Below are positions 1 through 9,710 of a stretch of DNA of 61,200 nt, in pieces. The translations under genes were made by a program, and so were the position numbers. The stretch is from a virus (Duplodnaviria > Caudoviricetes), in the IMG/VR virus record IMGVR_UViG_3300048574_000463, positions 1 to 61,200 of that record; one strand, 5' to 3'. The notes under the pieces are model-generated. The model made no database searches. It had not been told where the DNA came from and saw nothing but the letters and a program-made list of their open reading frames with translations. Position 1 is the stretch's first letter. Each line of letters begins with the position of its first letter.

Positions 1-1206
1 TTGCCCCAACTGACCGAAGTGAAACTGCGCGCGATCAAAACCAGCGGCCGCATTGAGCGCTTCCACGACAGCGCAGGTTTGTACCTCGAACTCAGCGCGG
101 CGGGAGGGAAGCACTGGCGCTGGAAGTACAAATTTGACGGCAAGGAAAAGCGACAGAGCTTTGGAGCCTGGCCCGAGGTGTCCCTGAAAGAGGCCCGGCA
201 GAAACGCGACGACGCCCGGGCCATGGTGGCGAAGGGCGTTGACCCTGGCCAGGAGAAAAAGCGCAGCCGGGACGATGGGGTGGACGTCGTCACCTTCCGG
301 GCCCTGGCGGAGGAGTATGTCCGGAACCAGAAAAACGTTTGGGCGGAAAGCCATGCCGTCACCGTTGACGGTCGGTTGCGACTCGACGTTTATCCGCGCA
401 TCGGAGACAGGCCGATCACGGAGATCGAGCCGACGGACGTCCTGGCCATCCTGCGGGGGATCGAGGCGCGCCGGGCGTTCGAGACGGCAAGCCGCGTCCT
501 GGGCCTGTGTTCGCTGATTTTCCGCTACGGGGTGGCCATCGGCGTCGTGAAATCAGATCCCTGCCGGGATCTGCGCGGGGCGCTGGTGCCGTTCCAGCAC
601 GGCCAGCACGCTGCCCTGACGAAGCCCAGGGATGTCGGCGCGTTCATGCTGGCCATCGACGACTACAAGGGGTCTGCGGTCGTTCGGGCCGCCCTGGCCT
701 TTTCCGCGCTCACGTTTTGCCGACCGGGCGAGATCCGGCATGCCGAATGGAGCGAGGTCAATTTTGCAGCCGAAGAATGGACTATCCCGGAAATGAAGAT
801 GAAGACGCGGGTGGAACACCGCGTGCCCCTTTCGCGGCAGGCGGTCGAGGTTCTGAAGTGGATTCAGCCGTTGACGGGTTCGGGCCGATATGTGTTTCCG
901 GGGCCCAGGGGAAAGGATCGGCCGCTCTCCGAAAACGGCGTCAACGCGGCGATTCGGAGCATGGGGTACGGCAAGGACCAGATGACGGCGCACGGGTTTC
1001 GGGCCATGGCCTCAACTTTGCTGAACGAACGTGGCCACCGGCCGGACGTGATCGAGGCCCAGCTTGCCCACAAGGGGACGGACAAAATCCGGGCCATCTA
1101 CAACCGGGCGCAGTACCTGGAGGAGCGGCGACAGTTGATGCAAGCATGGGCGGATTACCTGGACGAACTGCGCGCGTTATCCGTCAACGGTTCGTTGGGC
1201 AATTGA
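1..1206 (+). CDS. int: Tyrosine integrase, P4/IntA family
   Basis: Arm-binding N-terminus (GLYL..GGKHWRWKY), catalytic R (CRPGE), HGFR, LAH and Y (AIYNRAQY); TTG start. Confidence 0.95.
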   Translation: MPQLTEVKLRAIKTSGRIERFHDSAGLYLELSAAGGKHWRWKYKFDGKEKRQSFGAWPEVSLKEARQKRDDARAMVAKGVDPGQEKKRSRDDGVDVVTFRALAEEYVRNQKNVWAESHAVTVDGRLRLDVYPRIGDRPITEIEPTDVLAILRGIEARRAFETASRVLGLCSLIFRYGVAIGVVKSDPCRDLRGALVPFQHGQHAALTKPRDVGAFMLAIDDYKGSAVVRAALAFSALTFCRPGEIRHAEWSEVNFAAEEWTIPEMKMKTRVEHRVPLSRQAVEVLKWIQPLTGSGRYVFPGPRGKDRPLSENGVNAAIRSMGYGKDQMTAHGFRAMASTLLNERGHRPDVIEAQLAHKGTDKIRAIYNRAQYLEERRQLMQAWADYLDELRALSVNGSLGN

Positions 1207-1388
1207 TCATATAGACCCTGTAAATCTGCGAGCCGCCAGACGGGCGTCCCTCCCAGGTAGCGTTGCTTGGGGATGATGCCACGTTGGACGTACCGATAAA
1301 ATGTCGATCGCGGCATGTTGTTCAGATACGCCCGGGTCTCTTTCGCGCCCAGGAGACGGTTCCCGTCTTTCATCAGTTCGGGTGTCAT
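1155..1388 (-). CDS. Excisionase / AlpA-like HTH protein
   Basis: PRSTFYRYVQRGIIPK...WRLADL winged-HTH pattern; convergent with int and overlaps its 3' end. Confidence 0.8.
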   Translation of the reverse strand: MTPELMKDGNRLLGAKETRAYLNNMPRSTFYRYVQRGIIPKQRYLGGTPVWRLADLQGLYDQLPNEPLTDNARSSSR

Positions 1389-1465
1389 CTAGCAAGCTCC
1401 ATCAATCAATTATTGCGCACTGCGGACAGCAGTGGATGCCAATCCATTGGGCGTTTCCGGATATG

Positions 1466-2272
1466 CTACCACCAAATCTCGGTTGTGACGTCGCGATACG
1501 TAATCACCCACACCCAGGGGCGATTAGCAGTCCCGAATCCGCGCTCGTCGTTGAGGAGGTCCCACAGTTTGAGATAGGCCGTGACCGGGTCCACGCACCA
1601 CTGGTCCCACGGCCAGCCGTAATCATCGGTCCCGGGCAGCCCGTCGCGATCCGGCAAGCCCCATTTCCAGGTGCGGCCGTCCTTGGATAGGCGCACCAGC
1701 CCTTCGGCCGCCACGTCCTCGGGCGTGATGTCCTGGATGCACTGCAGCCGCACCTCCACGATCTTGTAGGAGTTGCGGTAGGCCCAATGTGGTAAGAAGA
1801 TGGAGGGCCGTTTTTCCCATGCGGCGTATGGGTCTGGCGCGGAAAAGCGATTCGCCCCGCCCAACCCGTTTGGGTAGTGGCGGTTGGGCGTGTCTGGAGG
1901 GTTGCCGTCGGCGGCGTAGTGAACAAGCGGCCCGCGACACCGCGCAAGCGGTTCCGGCTCACCGCTCGGGAGAGTGCCGGGGTAACTGTATGCCTGCCAG
2001 AACGTCTCCCGTACCTGCAGTATGTCCCCGGGCTGGCCGTATGGGCAGCGGGACAACACATCGGCATGACGCAAATAGTTCCAGAGCATCCTGCGATCTC
2101 TCATCATCCAGTCATATCCCGGTGTGTCCGACGGCATAAAACTGGAGACATGCCCGATCCCCCTAATCCGGTTGACCACCCGCCTGGTCTGGGTTTTGCG
2201 CCCGGCGCGGTTGCCCAGGACCATAGGGCCTGAAAAGAGGATGGGACGGACGGAAAATGAGTGGGCGCTCAT
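1466..2272 (-). CDS. Conserved phage protein, ASCH/PUA-like
   Basis: RPILFSGPMV..GRKTQTRR, CPYGQPGD..VRET, PSIFLP and PWVWVI motifs. Confidence 0.65.
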   Translation of the reverse strand: MSAHSFSVRPILFSGPMVLGNRAGRKTQTRRVVNRIRGIGHVSSFMPSDTPGYDWMMRDRRMLWNYLRHADVLSRCPYGQPGDILQVRETFWQAYSYPGTLPSGEPEPLARCRGPLVHYAADGNPPDTPNRHYPNGLGGANRFSAPDPYAAWEKRPSIFLPHWAYRNSYKIVEVRLQCIQDITPEDVAAEGLVRLSKDGRTWKWGLPDRDGLPGTDDYGWPWDQWCVDPVTAYLKLWDLLNDERGFGTANRPWVWVITYRDVTTEIWW

Positions 2273-3087
2273 GCCGAGGTCTCCGTTTTATCTCCGGGCT
2301 GCTGACCGCCGTAGTCCAGGCCAGCCCGTTGCAGACGGTCGATCTCGGCGGCGATGAGCGCCCCGGCCACGGCCAGTTGCCGCACCCGGGATTTGTGGTC
2401 CCGCTTGGCCCATTGTTGATCCCATCCGGTCTCGGCAAAGATATCCTGGGGCAGTATCTGGCAGCCATCCACATGCATTATGCACGGCATGGCATAGTAG
2501 CAGGCGGCCCAGGCCAGTTCGCTGTCCTGGCGCGTGTCGTCATACTCGGCCGAAAAGCCCTCGGCTTCGACCTGCCGCCTCCGTTCGGCCGCGATCAAGG
2601 CGACGCCGGGGGATGTATCCTGGCTGCTGGCCCAGGGACCGTCCGGGGAGAGCAGTCTGACCTCGTGGGCCATGCCTATGATTTCAGAGCGGTGCCGCTG
2701 CCATTCCAGGAGTTTTCGGTCAAAATCCTGTCGTGGAAAACCGCACGGCGCACGGCGTATCCAACATTCGGAGGCAGGGACGTCCAGGAAGCGCATTTCC
2801 ACCTGGGCCTCATGCTCCCGGGCGATGCGCACCAGATCCGCAACCATGGCCGGGATGGTCAGGCATTCGTCGATGACCACGAGGTCGCCGCGACTCAAAA
2901 CCATCCGGGCCATGGTGCACGCGGTGGCGTGCACATGCGGCTCCGTTGACCAGTGGTAGACGTGGCCCAGGGCGGCCCGTATCAGGTCGTATTCGATCAC
3001 GCCCGGGCAGTCTCCGAATTTCCGCTGCACGTGCTCGCTTTTGCCGCTGCCCGGCAGCCCCAGCACGAAGATCATGCGCTTGGCCAT
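2269..3087 (-). CDS. P-loop (AAA_33/PNK-like) kinase fused to a conserved helical phage domain
   Basis: GLPGSGKS Walker A and LVVIDE; C-terminal AAERRRQVEAEG...AGALIAAEIDRL domain. Confidence 0.7.
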   Translation of the reverse strand: MAKRMIFVLGLPGSGKSEHVQRKFGDCPGVIEYDLIRAALGHVYHWSTEPHVHATACTMARMVLSRGDLVVIDECLTIPAMVADLVRIAREHEAQVEMRFLDVPASECWIRRAPCGFPRQDFDRKLLEWQRHRSEIIGMAHEVRLLSPDGPWASSQDTSPGVALIAAERRRQVEAEGFSAEYDDTRQDSELAWAACYYAMPCIMHVDGCQILPQDIFAETGWDQQWAKRDHKSRVRQLAVAGALIAAEIDRLQRAGLDYGGQQPGDKTETSA

Positions 3088-3105
3088 GGGTCGATCTCCA
3101 GATGG

Positions 3106-4203
3106 TTAGAGGTTGGGGAGGCTGTTCCAGGTCTGTCCGTCGATATGTCGCCCGGCCCGTTTCTTGCCGACGCGGGTGGTGATGACCATCGGGAATGTCT
3201 TGCCGACACGGCCGCCATGCGTCGGCACATGGCCGTCTGGGCAAATCAGTTTGTCGCCTTTGACCATCCTGGTGGGGGCCTTGTCGCAATAGTTCTCAAA
3301 GTCGGAGAAATAGCTCCAGGCAGGCTCACCCGTGCCCATTTTGATCCGGGTGGTGCCCCATTCTCCCCACTGTTTGAACAGGAAGGGCACCTCGGCCTCC
3401 ACGCACTCGTCCCGCACCGTGCGGATCCAGTCCGGATGCATCGGCCTTGCGCCGGGGCCTGTCTCGCCACCGGCGACGATCCAATCCACGAGAGGCGGGC
3501 CTCCCACGTGTTCATGCAGGCCGCCGTGGGACACGCCGGTCATCTCTGGCGGCGACAACAGCGCGCCGCAATCCACCGGCCCCAAAAGCGGCTCCAGGGA
3601 CAACCACGTCCGCCAGCCAGCCGCAGCCAAATCCTCCAGGTGCGGCGCGCGCTCGTCGAGGCGCGGTTGATCCTCGGCCGTGGCGCCGAGAAAGACATTG
3701 GTCATGGGCCACGGGATATATTCGAGCGGTTCATGCGGATTGATCCGGCGTAGAACCTCACCACGGACGGCGCGAGCGGTCGAGACATCCGTGAAATACT
3801 CGAGCATCCTTTCCGGCCTTTTGGTGAGCACCAGAAAGACGTGCTGGGGCCCCAAGGCCATGCGGGCGAAGACCTGGTCCCTGAAGCCGTCCGGAACGTC
3901 CTCGTGGAAGAGATCGGTCCACAGGGCGAACACGGTGGGCTTTTTTCTGCCGAGAGGGATATCCAGGGCGGCGTGATTGGGCCTGACGACGCCGGACCAT
4001 GTGTCGCCCTGGGTCAGGCCAGTGTAACGGCTGGAAATGATCGTATTCGGATGCGCGGCGAACCGCTTCGCCTCCCGGGCGGACCAGCAGTTTGCGCAGC
4101 CTGGAGAAACCGGCGAACAGCCGAGGACGATGTTCCAGGAGCGCTGCCAGTAGATGCCGCGCGACAGGCGGTCGGGGGAGAGGTTGTCGAATGCTGTGGT
4201 CAT
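3106..4203 (-). CDS. DUF5131 (Gp37/Gp68) radical-SAM-like protein
   Basis: WN..GCSPVSPGCANC, DLFHEDVP, LTKRPER, SLEPLLG, GGETGPGARPMHPDW, FKQWGEW; true start MTTAFD at 4203. Confidence 0.88.
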   Translation of the reverse strand: MTTAFDNLSPDRLSRGIYWQRSWNIVLGCSPVSPGCANCWSAREAKRFAAHPNTIISSRYTGLTQGDTWSGVVRPNHAALDIPLGRKKPTVFALWTDLFHEDVPDGFRDQVFARMALGPQHVFLVLTKRPERMLEYFTDVSTARAVRGEVLRRINPHEPLEYIPWPMTNVFLGATAEDQPRLDERAPHLEDLAAAGWRTWLSLEPLLGPVDCGALLSPPEMTGVSHGGLHEHVGGPPLVDWIVAGGETGPGARPMHPDWIRTVRDECVEAEVPFLFKQWGEWGTTRIKMGTGEPAWSYFSDFENYCDKAPTRMVKGDKLICPDGHVPTHGGRVGKTFPMVITTRVGKKRAGRHIDGQTWNSLPNL

Positions 4204-4664
4204 GTCTTGTTCCTTTTTTCCACGAATTCCCGGATCGGCCGCAGGTGCTCCGCGTCGCGGATCACGGCCCGGTCCTCGCCCTGCCATGCGCTGGTTGTGT
4301 AGCAAAGAGGCCTCACCTCCTCGGGCGGCAGGCCCAGATCGGCGGCGGCCCAGGCCAGGATGGCGGCCTGGGAAGGCAGGTGCACGTTGGCGACCCAGTC
4401 GCCGCCAGCCTGCCAGCCCCGGTTGAGCAACGGCACCTCGACGCCCACGCGACTGCGAACCCGGTCCCGGACGTGGACCACCAGGATACGCAGGGCATCC
4501 CGGGGCCCGCCCGCCGGGTCCATGACGCAAAACAGTCCCTTCGGCGGCTGGCGCTCGCCCCAGGGCAGCGCGAACTGCCCCTTGCGGTAGTACCGGCCGG
4601 ACGGGACGGCGGGGGCGGCGGGAGCCGCAGGGGGCGGGGCGAAGAGGGTAAGTTGGGTGGTCAT
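4200..4664 (-). CDS. Hypothetical phage protein
   Basis: MTTQLTLF start; 4-bp overlaps with both neighbours. Confidence 0.6.
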   Translation of the reverse strand: MTTQLTLFAPPPAAPAAPAVPSGRYYRKGQFALPWGERQPPKGLFCVMDPAGGPRDALRILVVHVRDRVRSRVGVEVPLLNRGWQAGGDWVANVHLPSQAAILAWAAADLGLPPEEVRPLCYTTSAWQGEDRAVIRDAEHLRPIREFVEKRNKT

Positions 4665-5134
4665 GCCCACAACTCCATTTGCTGCATTTTGACAGCATGT
4701 TTCGACTGCGGCGGCACCTTGAACAAATGCGGATAATTTCTCCGCACCGCGTCCATATCCATGTGCGTGCGCCAAAGCGCCTTTGATTTCTCTTGCTCTT
4801 TTTCAATTTCCAATCTGCGGCGCGCTTCCTCTTTTGCTTTTTTCTGCCGTTCCGCTACCCGCGCTGCTTCATATTCATGATACATCTCACATGTCTGTCG
4901 ATGCAGTTTTTGTCCCATTTTATTTGCATGCACGATGGTGAAATACATCCAGTGATACGAGCTTTCGTTGTGATTTAGCCCCAAAAAACGGAGTTTGGCG
5001 ATTGTCCAAACAGGATGCCGGGCCGACAAAAACAGTTTTGACCACGTAAAGTTATACCTATAACCGGGCACGGTATACGTCTCCAGCATCTCACGCTCGC
5101 AACGATTCAGGCGGGACAAAAGATCAACAGTCAT
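4661..5134 (-). CDS. Hypothetical protein (lower GC)
   Basis: MTVDLLS start overlapping the methyltransferase stop; AT-richer than flanks. Confidence 0.55.
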   Translation of the reverse strand: MTVDLLSRLNRCEREMLETYTVPGYRYNFTWSKLFLSARHPVWTIAKLRFLGLNHNESSYHWMYFTIVHANKMGQKLHRQTCEMYHEYEAARVAERQKKAKEEARRRLEIEKEQEKSKALWRTHMDMDAVRRNYPHLFKVPPQSKHAVKMQQMELWA

Positions 5135-6300
5135 GACACCGTCGCCTCCTGCTTTTCCGCCACAACCCGCACCGGGCCGAGAAGCCCCGTCTCGCGCTCG
5201 ATGCGGCGCACGGCCATGCGGATGTATTTCGGGTTCAGTTCGATGCCGATGAACTCCCGGCCGAGCTGCCGGGCCACCAGCCCCGTGGTGCCGCTGCCGC
5301 AAAACGGGTCCAGCACCATCCCGCCAACCGGGCACCCGGCCAGGATGCAGGTGCGGGCCAACGCGGGCGGAAACGTCGCAAAATGCGCCTCGGGGAATGG
5401 AAATGTCGGGATCGTCCAAACCGACCGCAGGGAGCGGGTGGATGCGTCCGGCGTCTCGCGAGTTTTCGGCGCGCCGCGCCCCTCGCGGTTAAACGCGCTG
5501 TGCGCCCCGAGCCCGGTATCCCAGCCTCGGGGAACGCTTTGGCGCTGCGGCCGGTGCTGCGGGGCGCGCTGCCCGGGGCGGTCCGGTTCCGCCACATCGC
5601 GGGCGAAGGACAGCGCAGCCCGGGACTGTTTGCGGGAGCGGGTTCCCGTGTGCGGGGACTGGCCAGGGGCGCGATAGCCAGGGCCGGTCGCGTCATGCTC
5701 GTTCTGCGCCGCCGCAGGCTCTTTCACCGCCTCGTGGTCGTAGTGGTAGCGGCCGGATTTGGTGAGCAAAAATAGGTATTCGTGGGCGACGGTGGGCCGG
5801 TCTTTGACCGATGACGGCATGGGGTTGGGCTTGTGCCAGATCACGTCCGACCGCAGCCACCAGCCGTCCACCTGCAGGGCCAGGGCCAGCCGCCAGGGCA
5901 TGCCGATCAAGTCTTTGGGTTTGAGGCTCGGGAAAACGGTTCGGCCGCTCCGATTGCTGTGGCGTTGATTTTTCTGGCCGCCGCCGAGCGTGCTGCCGAG
6001 AGTTGATCCAGACGCGCCGGAGTTCCACGAATCGCCCATGTTCAGCCAGCATGTCCCGTCCCGCCGCAGCACGCGCCGGACCTCGCACATCACGGCTAGC
6101 ATCCGGCACAGGTAGCACTCGCCGCACGGCGCACCCGTGGCCCAACCCAGGCAGTCCGGCCGGGACTCCAGGCCCAACTGCCCGGCCACGCCGTAGTCGC
6201 GCAGGCCGTAGTACGGCGGTGATGTCACGACGCATTGGACCGATTCGGCCGGCAGGGTCCGCAGGACGGACAGGGCGTCGCCATGGTGGATGGTGGTCAT
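5131..6300 (-). CDS. DNA N4-cytosine/N6-adenine methyltransferase (beta class)
   Basis: TSPPY catalytic motif near the N-terminus, VLDPFCGSGTTG SAM motif and GIELNPKY near the C-terminus. Confidence 0.92.
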   Translation of the reverse strand: MTTIHHGDALSVLRTLPAESVQCVVTSPPYYGLRDYGVAGQLGLESRPDCLGWATGAPCGECYLCRMLAVMCEVRRVLRRDGTCWLNMGDSWNSGASGSTLGSTLGGGQKNQRHSNRSGRTVFPSLKPKDLIGMPWRLALALQVDGWWLRSDVIWHKPNPMPSSVKDRPTVAHEYLFLLTKSGRYHYDHEAVKEPAAAQNEHDATGPGYRAPGQSPHTGTRSRKQSRAALSFARDVAEPDRPGQRAPQHRPQRQSVPRGWDTGLGAHSAFNREGRGAPKTRETPDASTRSLRSVWTIPTFPFPEAHFATFPPALARTCILAGCPVGGMVLDPFCGSGTTGLVARQLGREFIGIELNPKYIRMAVRRIERETGLLGPVRVVAEKQEATVS

Positions 6301-7052
6301 GCCGCGCACCCCGGTAAAAATCCCTGTCGGTCCTCTTCCTTAAATCGCGCATCAAGGTCGCGCACGGTGCGTGCGTTGTGGAACCGCCGATCCTCCCAGG
6401 CCCGCCCGTTCATCTGCCGTTCCCATTCCAGTATTTTCCCCCACAGATCCGGGAAATACCGACGCAATTTTCGTAGCTCGCCCAGGGATTGTAGCGGGCA
6501 GCAGAAGCACGAAACGCGCGGGAAAATATCGTACAGCCCGCCCCAGGTGAGCCCCAGGCTTCGGCAATAGGCCAGGGCGTCGGATTCGGTCACGTCCCAT
6601 TCCACAAGCGGAAAACGCACCGAGGCGGCCAGCCGCACCATGTTTGCCGAGTCGGTACGCCGCGTTTCATCAGCGGCAAACCCGATGGCCTGTATGGTGT
6701 CCGCGCCCAAGGACCGACGGAATTTGTCAAGCTGGTCCGTCTTTTCTCGGGTACACCAGCGGCGCAACGGAGACGGCCATCCCCAGCCGACGTATTTCAC
6801 GTTGCCGCCACCCCGGGGACGAACCTCCTTGTGCAACATCAACCATGTAAACGGCTTGCGCGGATAGAGCCGCACCAGCGGAATGGGCGCGATCATGGCC
6901 TCCACCGTGGCGATGTGGTCCGCCATCTGCGGGAATTCCCACTCCCCGGCGTCGAAGTAGACCACCGCGTCAACCGGTTCTCCGCGCTCCACCATCATCA
7001 GGAGCATGGCTGCGCTGTCCTTGCCGCCGGAAAACGACACGATCTGTTTCAC
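6297..7052 (-). CDS. PAPS-reductase-family (PP-loop) protein
   Basis: SFSGGKDS PP-loop, RWCT..K, RVSCFCCP. Confidence 0.85.
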   Translation of the reverse strand: MKQIVSFSGGKDSAAMLLMMVERGEPVDAVVYFDAGEWEFPQMADHIATVEAMIAPIPLVRLYPRKPFTWLMLHKEVRPRGGGNVKYVGWGWPSPLRRWCTREKTDQLDKFRRSLGADTIQAIGFAADETRRTDSANMVRLAASVRFPLVEWDVTESDALAYCRSLGLTWGGLYDIFPRVSCFCCPLQSLGELRKLRRYFPDLWGKILEWERQMNGRAWEDRRFHNARTVRDLDARFKEEDRQGFLPGCAA

Positions 7053-7183
7053 GGCGCAACCTCCGACGCCAGGGACAGCGCCGCCGCAACCGGCGCAACC
7101 CAGACCGGCGCGGCCGACATGGCGAACCGCTCCCCGCTCCAGGCCAGAAGCAGCGTCTCGCCCATCACCCCGGCGATGGCCTG
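7049..7183 (-). pseudogene. C-terminal stub resembling a phage C5-cytosine methyltransferase
   Basis: QAIAGVMGETLLLAWSGERFAMSAAPVWVAPVAAALSL resembles the recalled C-terminal tail of a phage C5-MTase family; no catalytic motifs upstream. Confidence 0.5.
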
Positions 7184-7211
7184 CAGCCCCTCGTTGATTT
7201 GTTGCACCAGG

Positions 7212-7523
7212 TCACCGCCCGCGATAAACGCACGTCGTACGTCCCGTCCGTCGGAAGCCTGCCCCCCCCAAGAGCCGACGCAGCCGCTCAAGCGTTTCGG
7301 CCTGATCCGCGATTTCGGCCTGCAGGCTTTTGATCTCCTTGGCCCTGGCGTAGGCCGTGGCCCATGCGACGACCTCGAAAAGAAACGGCGTCGGATCAGC
7401 CAAAAAGGCGCCGACCTCGGAAGCCGTGATGGATCCGTTTGGCATTGGATAGGTTTCGATGACGTCAACTCGCGTCTGCGGCGGCCGAGGTGTCCTTTTG
7501 CTGATTGCAACAACTTTTGGCAT
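7212..7523 (-). CDS. Hypothetical protein
   Basis: MPKVVAIS start with GGAGG-like RBS; coiled-coil C-terminus. Confidence 0.55.
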   Translation of the reverse strand: MPKVVAISKRTPRPPQTRVDVIETYPMPNGSITASEVGAFLADPTPFLFEVVAWATAYARAKEIKSLQAEIADQAETLERLRRLLGGAGFRRTGRTTCVYRGR

Positions 7524-7824
7524 CCTTTTGTCCTCCGTACGCCGGGTGTTTGGCCCGGGGGTAGTAAACCATTTTTGAGGTCCGGTTGTTCTCGTGGACG
7601 TACCATTCGATTGCGCCTGACGACTGATCGAAAACATGCTCTATTGGGGCGTCCCCCCAATGCTCCCGCCAGTGCCACGCGACGCCCCACAATTCAGGGC
7701 CTTTGCCGACCCTAAACAGCTCTCTCCTTGTCCATCCGGCAGCAAGCAAGTCCGGCAATAAGGACCGAATGAAACGCATTCCCGCTCGGTATGCGTCACC
7801 CCTGTCCCGAACCTTGAGCGCCAA
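7465..7824 (-). CDS. Hypothetical protein
   Basis: ORF in operon orientation; start uncertain. Confidence 0.45.
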   Translation of the reverse strand: MALKVRDRGDAYRAGMRFIRSLLPDLLAAGWTRRELFRVGKGPELWGVAWHWREHWGDAPIEHVFDQSSGAIEWYVHENNRTSKMVYYPRAKHPAYGGQKDAKSCCNQQKDTSAAADAS

Positions 7825-7981
7825 TCTCGTAGGGTTGAAGCGACCTCCGGGGGGCCGTGTGCGTGTGGATCGTCAGGCACAATTCAAAGGCCTCATCGCG
7901 CGACAACTCCCGGAAGGGCTTATCCATGAGCCCCAGGTCGAGCATGCGGCGCGCAATGGCCTGCAGGTCAAACTCAGCCAC
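7796..7981 (-). CDS. Small hypothetical protein downstream of the helicase
   Basis: GTG start overlapping the helicase end. Confidence 0.45.
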   Translation of the reverse strand: MAEFDLQAIARRMLDLGLMDKPFRELSRDEAFELCLTIHTHTAPRRSLQPYEIGAQGSGQG

Positions 7982-9698
7982 GGGACACCCCCAGGGCGCG
8001 TTCGATTTGTGAGCGATTCCATTGAAAATCCATATGCGTTGAGGCCTCATACTTGGTCATCGTCGTCCCTCCGAGCATGTCTACGGCCAGGCCGTAGCCG
8101 TGCGCGTTGAGCAGCTGCACCTGCTTCGCTGTGGCCGGTTCGGACAGCCACCGCTTTGTTTTTTTCGCTGCGCCGTCTGTTTCATGGACCCGCAAGAAAT
8201 CATCGGCCGCCGCGAGACACGGCAGCCGGTTTCCGATAGACAGCCGGTGCACGCCGCCGTTGCCGTTGACTTTCCCGAGCGCGTGCCACGTCTCGTCGTC
8301 CGGAGAGAATATTCCGGCCCAAGCCGAAAAACCGGCAGCCATCATGGCGCGCCCGGAACTCCAGAGGTCCACATACCGGAACGGTGACGCATCCAAGATG
8401 TTAAGCTCCGTCAACTCGACGCTAGTCACCACGTCGCCGTCTCCCGCCCCAAGACGATCAAAGACGAAACCGCATAACGGACACGTCTTGGTTTGCACCG
8501 GGAGCTCGGCCCCGCATCCGATATTCCCGGCTGCATCAGGCCAGCGGTATGTGTCGCTCGCCTCGGCCGGACAAATCTTCGTCGCAGCTTCATCCGGGTC
8601 GCGTTCGACCTCTTCCTTGAGCGCGGCGGCCATGTTCAGGTCGCCGTGAGTCAAAAGCGACGTCCCGAAGTCCAGGACGACGCAATCTTTCTTGACGACG
8701 CCGGGGTGTAACTCGGGATCGACCGTGCGCAGCCCCCTCCCGACCATTTGCACCAGCGGGCCCTTCTCGGAACACTTGCGCAGCAGCACCACGGCCGCCA
8801 CGGGCTGGCTGTCGAACCCCTCGGTGAGCACCATCACGTTCGTCAGCAGCTGGATCTGGCCTCGCTCGAATCTGGCCAGGATTGCGCGCCGTTCGGCATC
8901 GGCCATGGCGCCGTGCACGCAAGCCGCCCTGATCCCGGCGGACGCGAAAGCGGCGGCCACGTCCTGCGCATGCTGCACAGTGCTGGCGAACACGATGGTC
9001 TGGCGGCCGCCGGCCTTCTCGCGCCAGTGCCTGACCACCTCGTCGTTGACCGCGACGGTGTTGAGGATTTTTTCGACCTCGGCTTGGTCGAAACAGTCCG
9101 AGACTTGCCCGATCTCGCGCAGCCGCTCCTGCGTGCCTCCGACATCCACCACGAATGCCTTGGGCGGGACCAGAAACCCAAGCTGGACTAGTTCACGGAT
9201 CGTCACCACATCGGCGACGTTCGTGAACACGCCGCGCAGCGACCGCTTGTCGCCGCGTTCCGGGGTCGCCGTGAACCCTGCCACCAGCACGTCAGGGTTT
9301 TTCTCTTTTGCCGCGGCCACAATGGATTTCCAGGTCGGAGCGGCGGCGTGATGCGCCTCGTCGAGGATAAGCAAGTCCAGGGATGGGATTGCATGAAGGT
9401 TCTTCGCTAAGGTCTGCGCCATAGCGAAGATCACGTCACCGCGCATGGACTTGGCGTCAGCCGTGTAAAGGCTCGGGCGGGTGCCGGGGTTTACCGCGTG
9501 GTATTTCTTGAGGTTCTGCTGCACCAACTCCTGGCGATGCTGCAAGACCATCTGGCGGCCGCCGATGCGGCCGCCGAGCATGGCGAGGCAAATGGTTTTG
9601 CCCGACCCCGTGGCCGCGACGGTCAGCGTGTCGCCGTGCTTGCGCAGGGCCTTTTCGGCGCGGTCCACGAGACGTTTTTGGTACGGTCGGGGCAACAT
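7974..9698 (-). CDS. SF2 DEAH-box helicase with C-terminal zinc finger
   Basis: RPYQ, ATGSGKT, DEAHH, TATPER, LTEGFD, QMVGRGLR, CPLCG. Confidence 0.93.
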   Translation of the reverse strand: MLPRPYQKRLVDRAEKALRKHGDTLTVAATGSGKTICLAMLGGRIGGRQMVLQHRQELVQQNLKKYHAVNPGTRPSLYTADAKSMRGDVIFAMAQTLAKNLHAIPSLDLLILDEAHHAAAPTWKSIVAAAKEKNPDVLVAGFTATPERGDKRSLRGVFTNVADVVTIRELVQLGFLVPPKAFVVDVGGTQERLREIGQVSDCFDQAEVEKILNTVAVNDEVVRHWREKAGGRQTIVFASTVQHAQDVAAAFASAGIRAACVHGAMADAERRAILARFERGQIQLLTNVMVLTEGFDSQPVAAVVLLRKCSEKGPLVQMVGRGLRTVDPELHPGVVKKDCVVLDFGTSLLTHGDLNMAAALKEEVERDPDEAATKICPAEASDTYRWPDAAGNIGCGAELPVQTKTCPLCGFVFDRLGAGDGDVVTSVELTELNILDASPFRYVDLWSSGRAMMAAGFSAWAGIFSPDDETWHALGKVNGNGGVHRLSIGNRLPCLAAADDFLRVHETDGAAKKTKRWLSEPATAKQVQLLNAHGYGLAVDMLGGTTMTKYEASTHMDFQWNRSQIERALGVSRG

Positions 9699-9710
9699 CT
9701 ACAGACTCCC

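Noticed and set aside
4204-4806. N-terminal extensions in the ORF track (e.g. 3106-4806, 41346-43676, 9711-10868)
   Set aside because: They overlap better-supported genes; internal starts with RBSs match the family N-termini
6297-7052. Sulfur-assimilation cysH or a Dnd phosphorothioation system
   Set aside because: No other cys or dnd/ssp genes; only family-level PP-loop similarity
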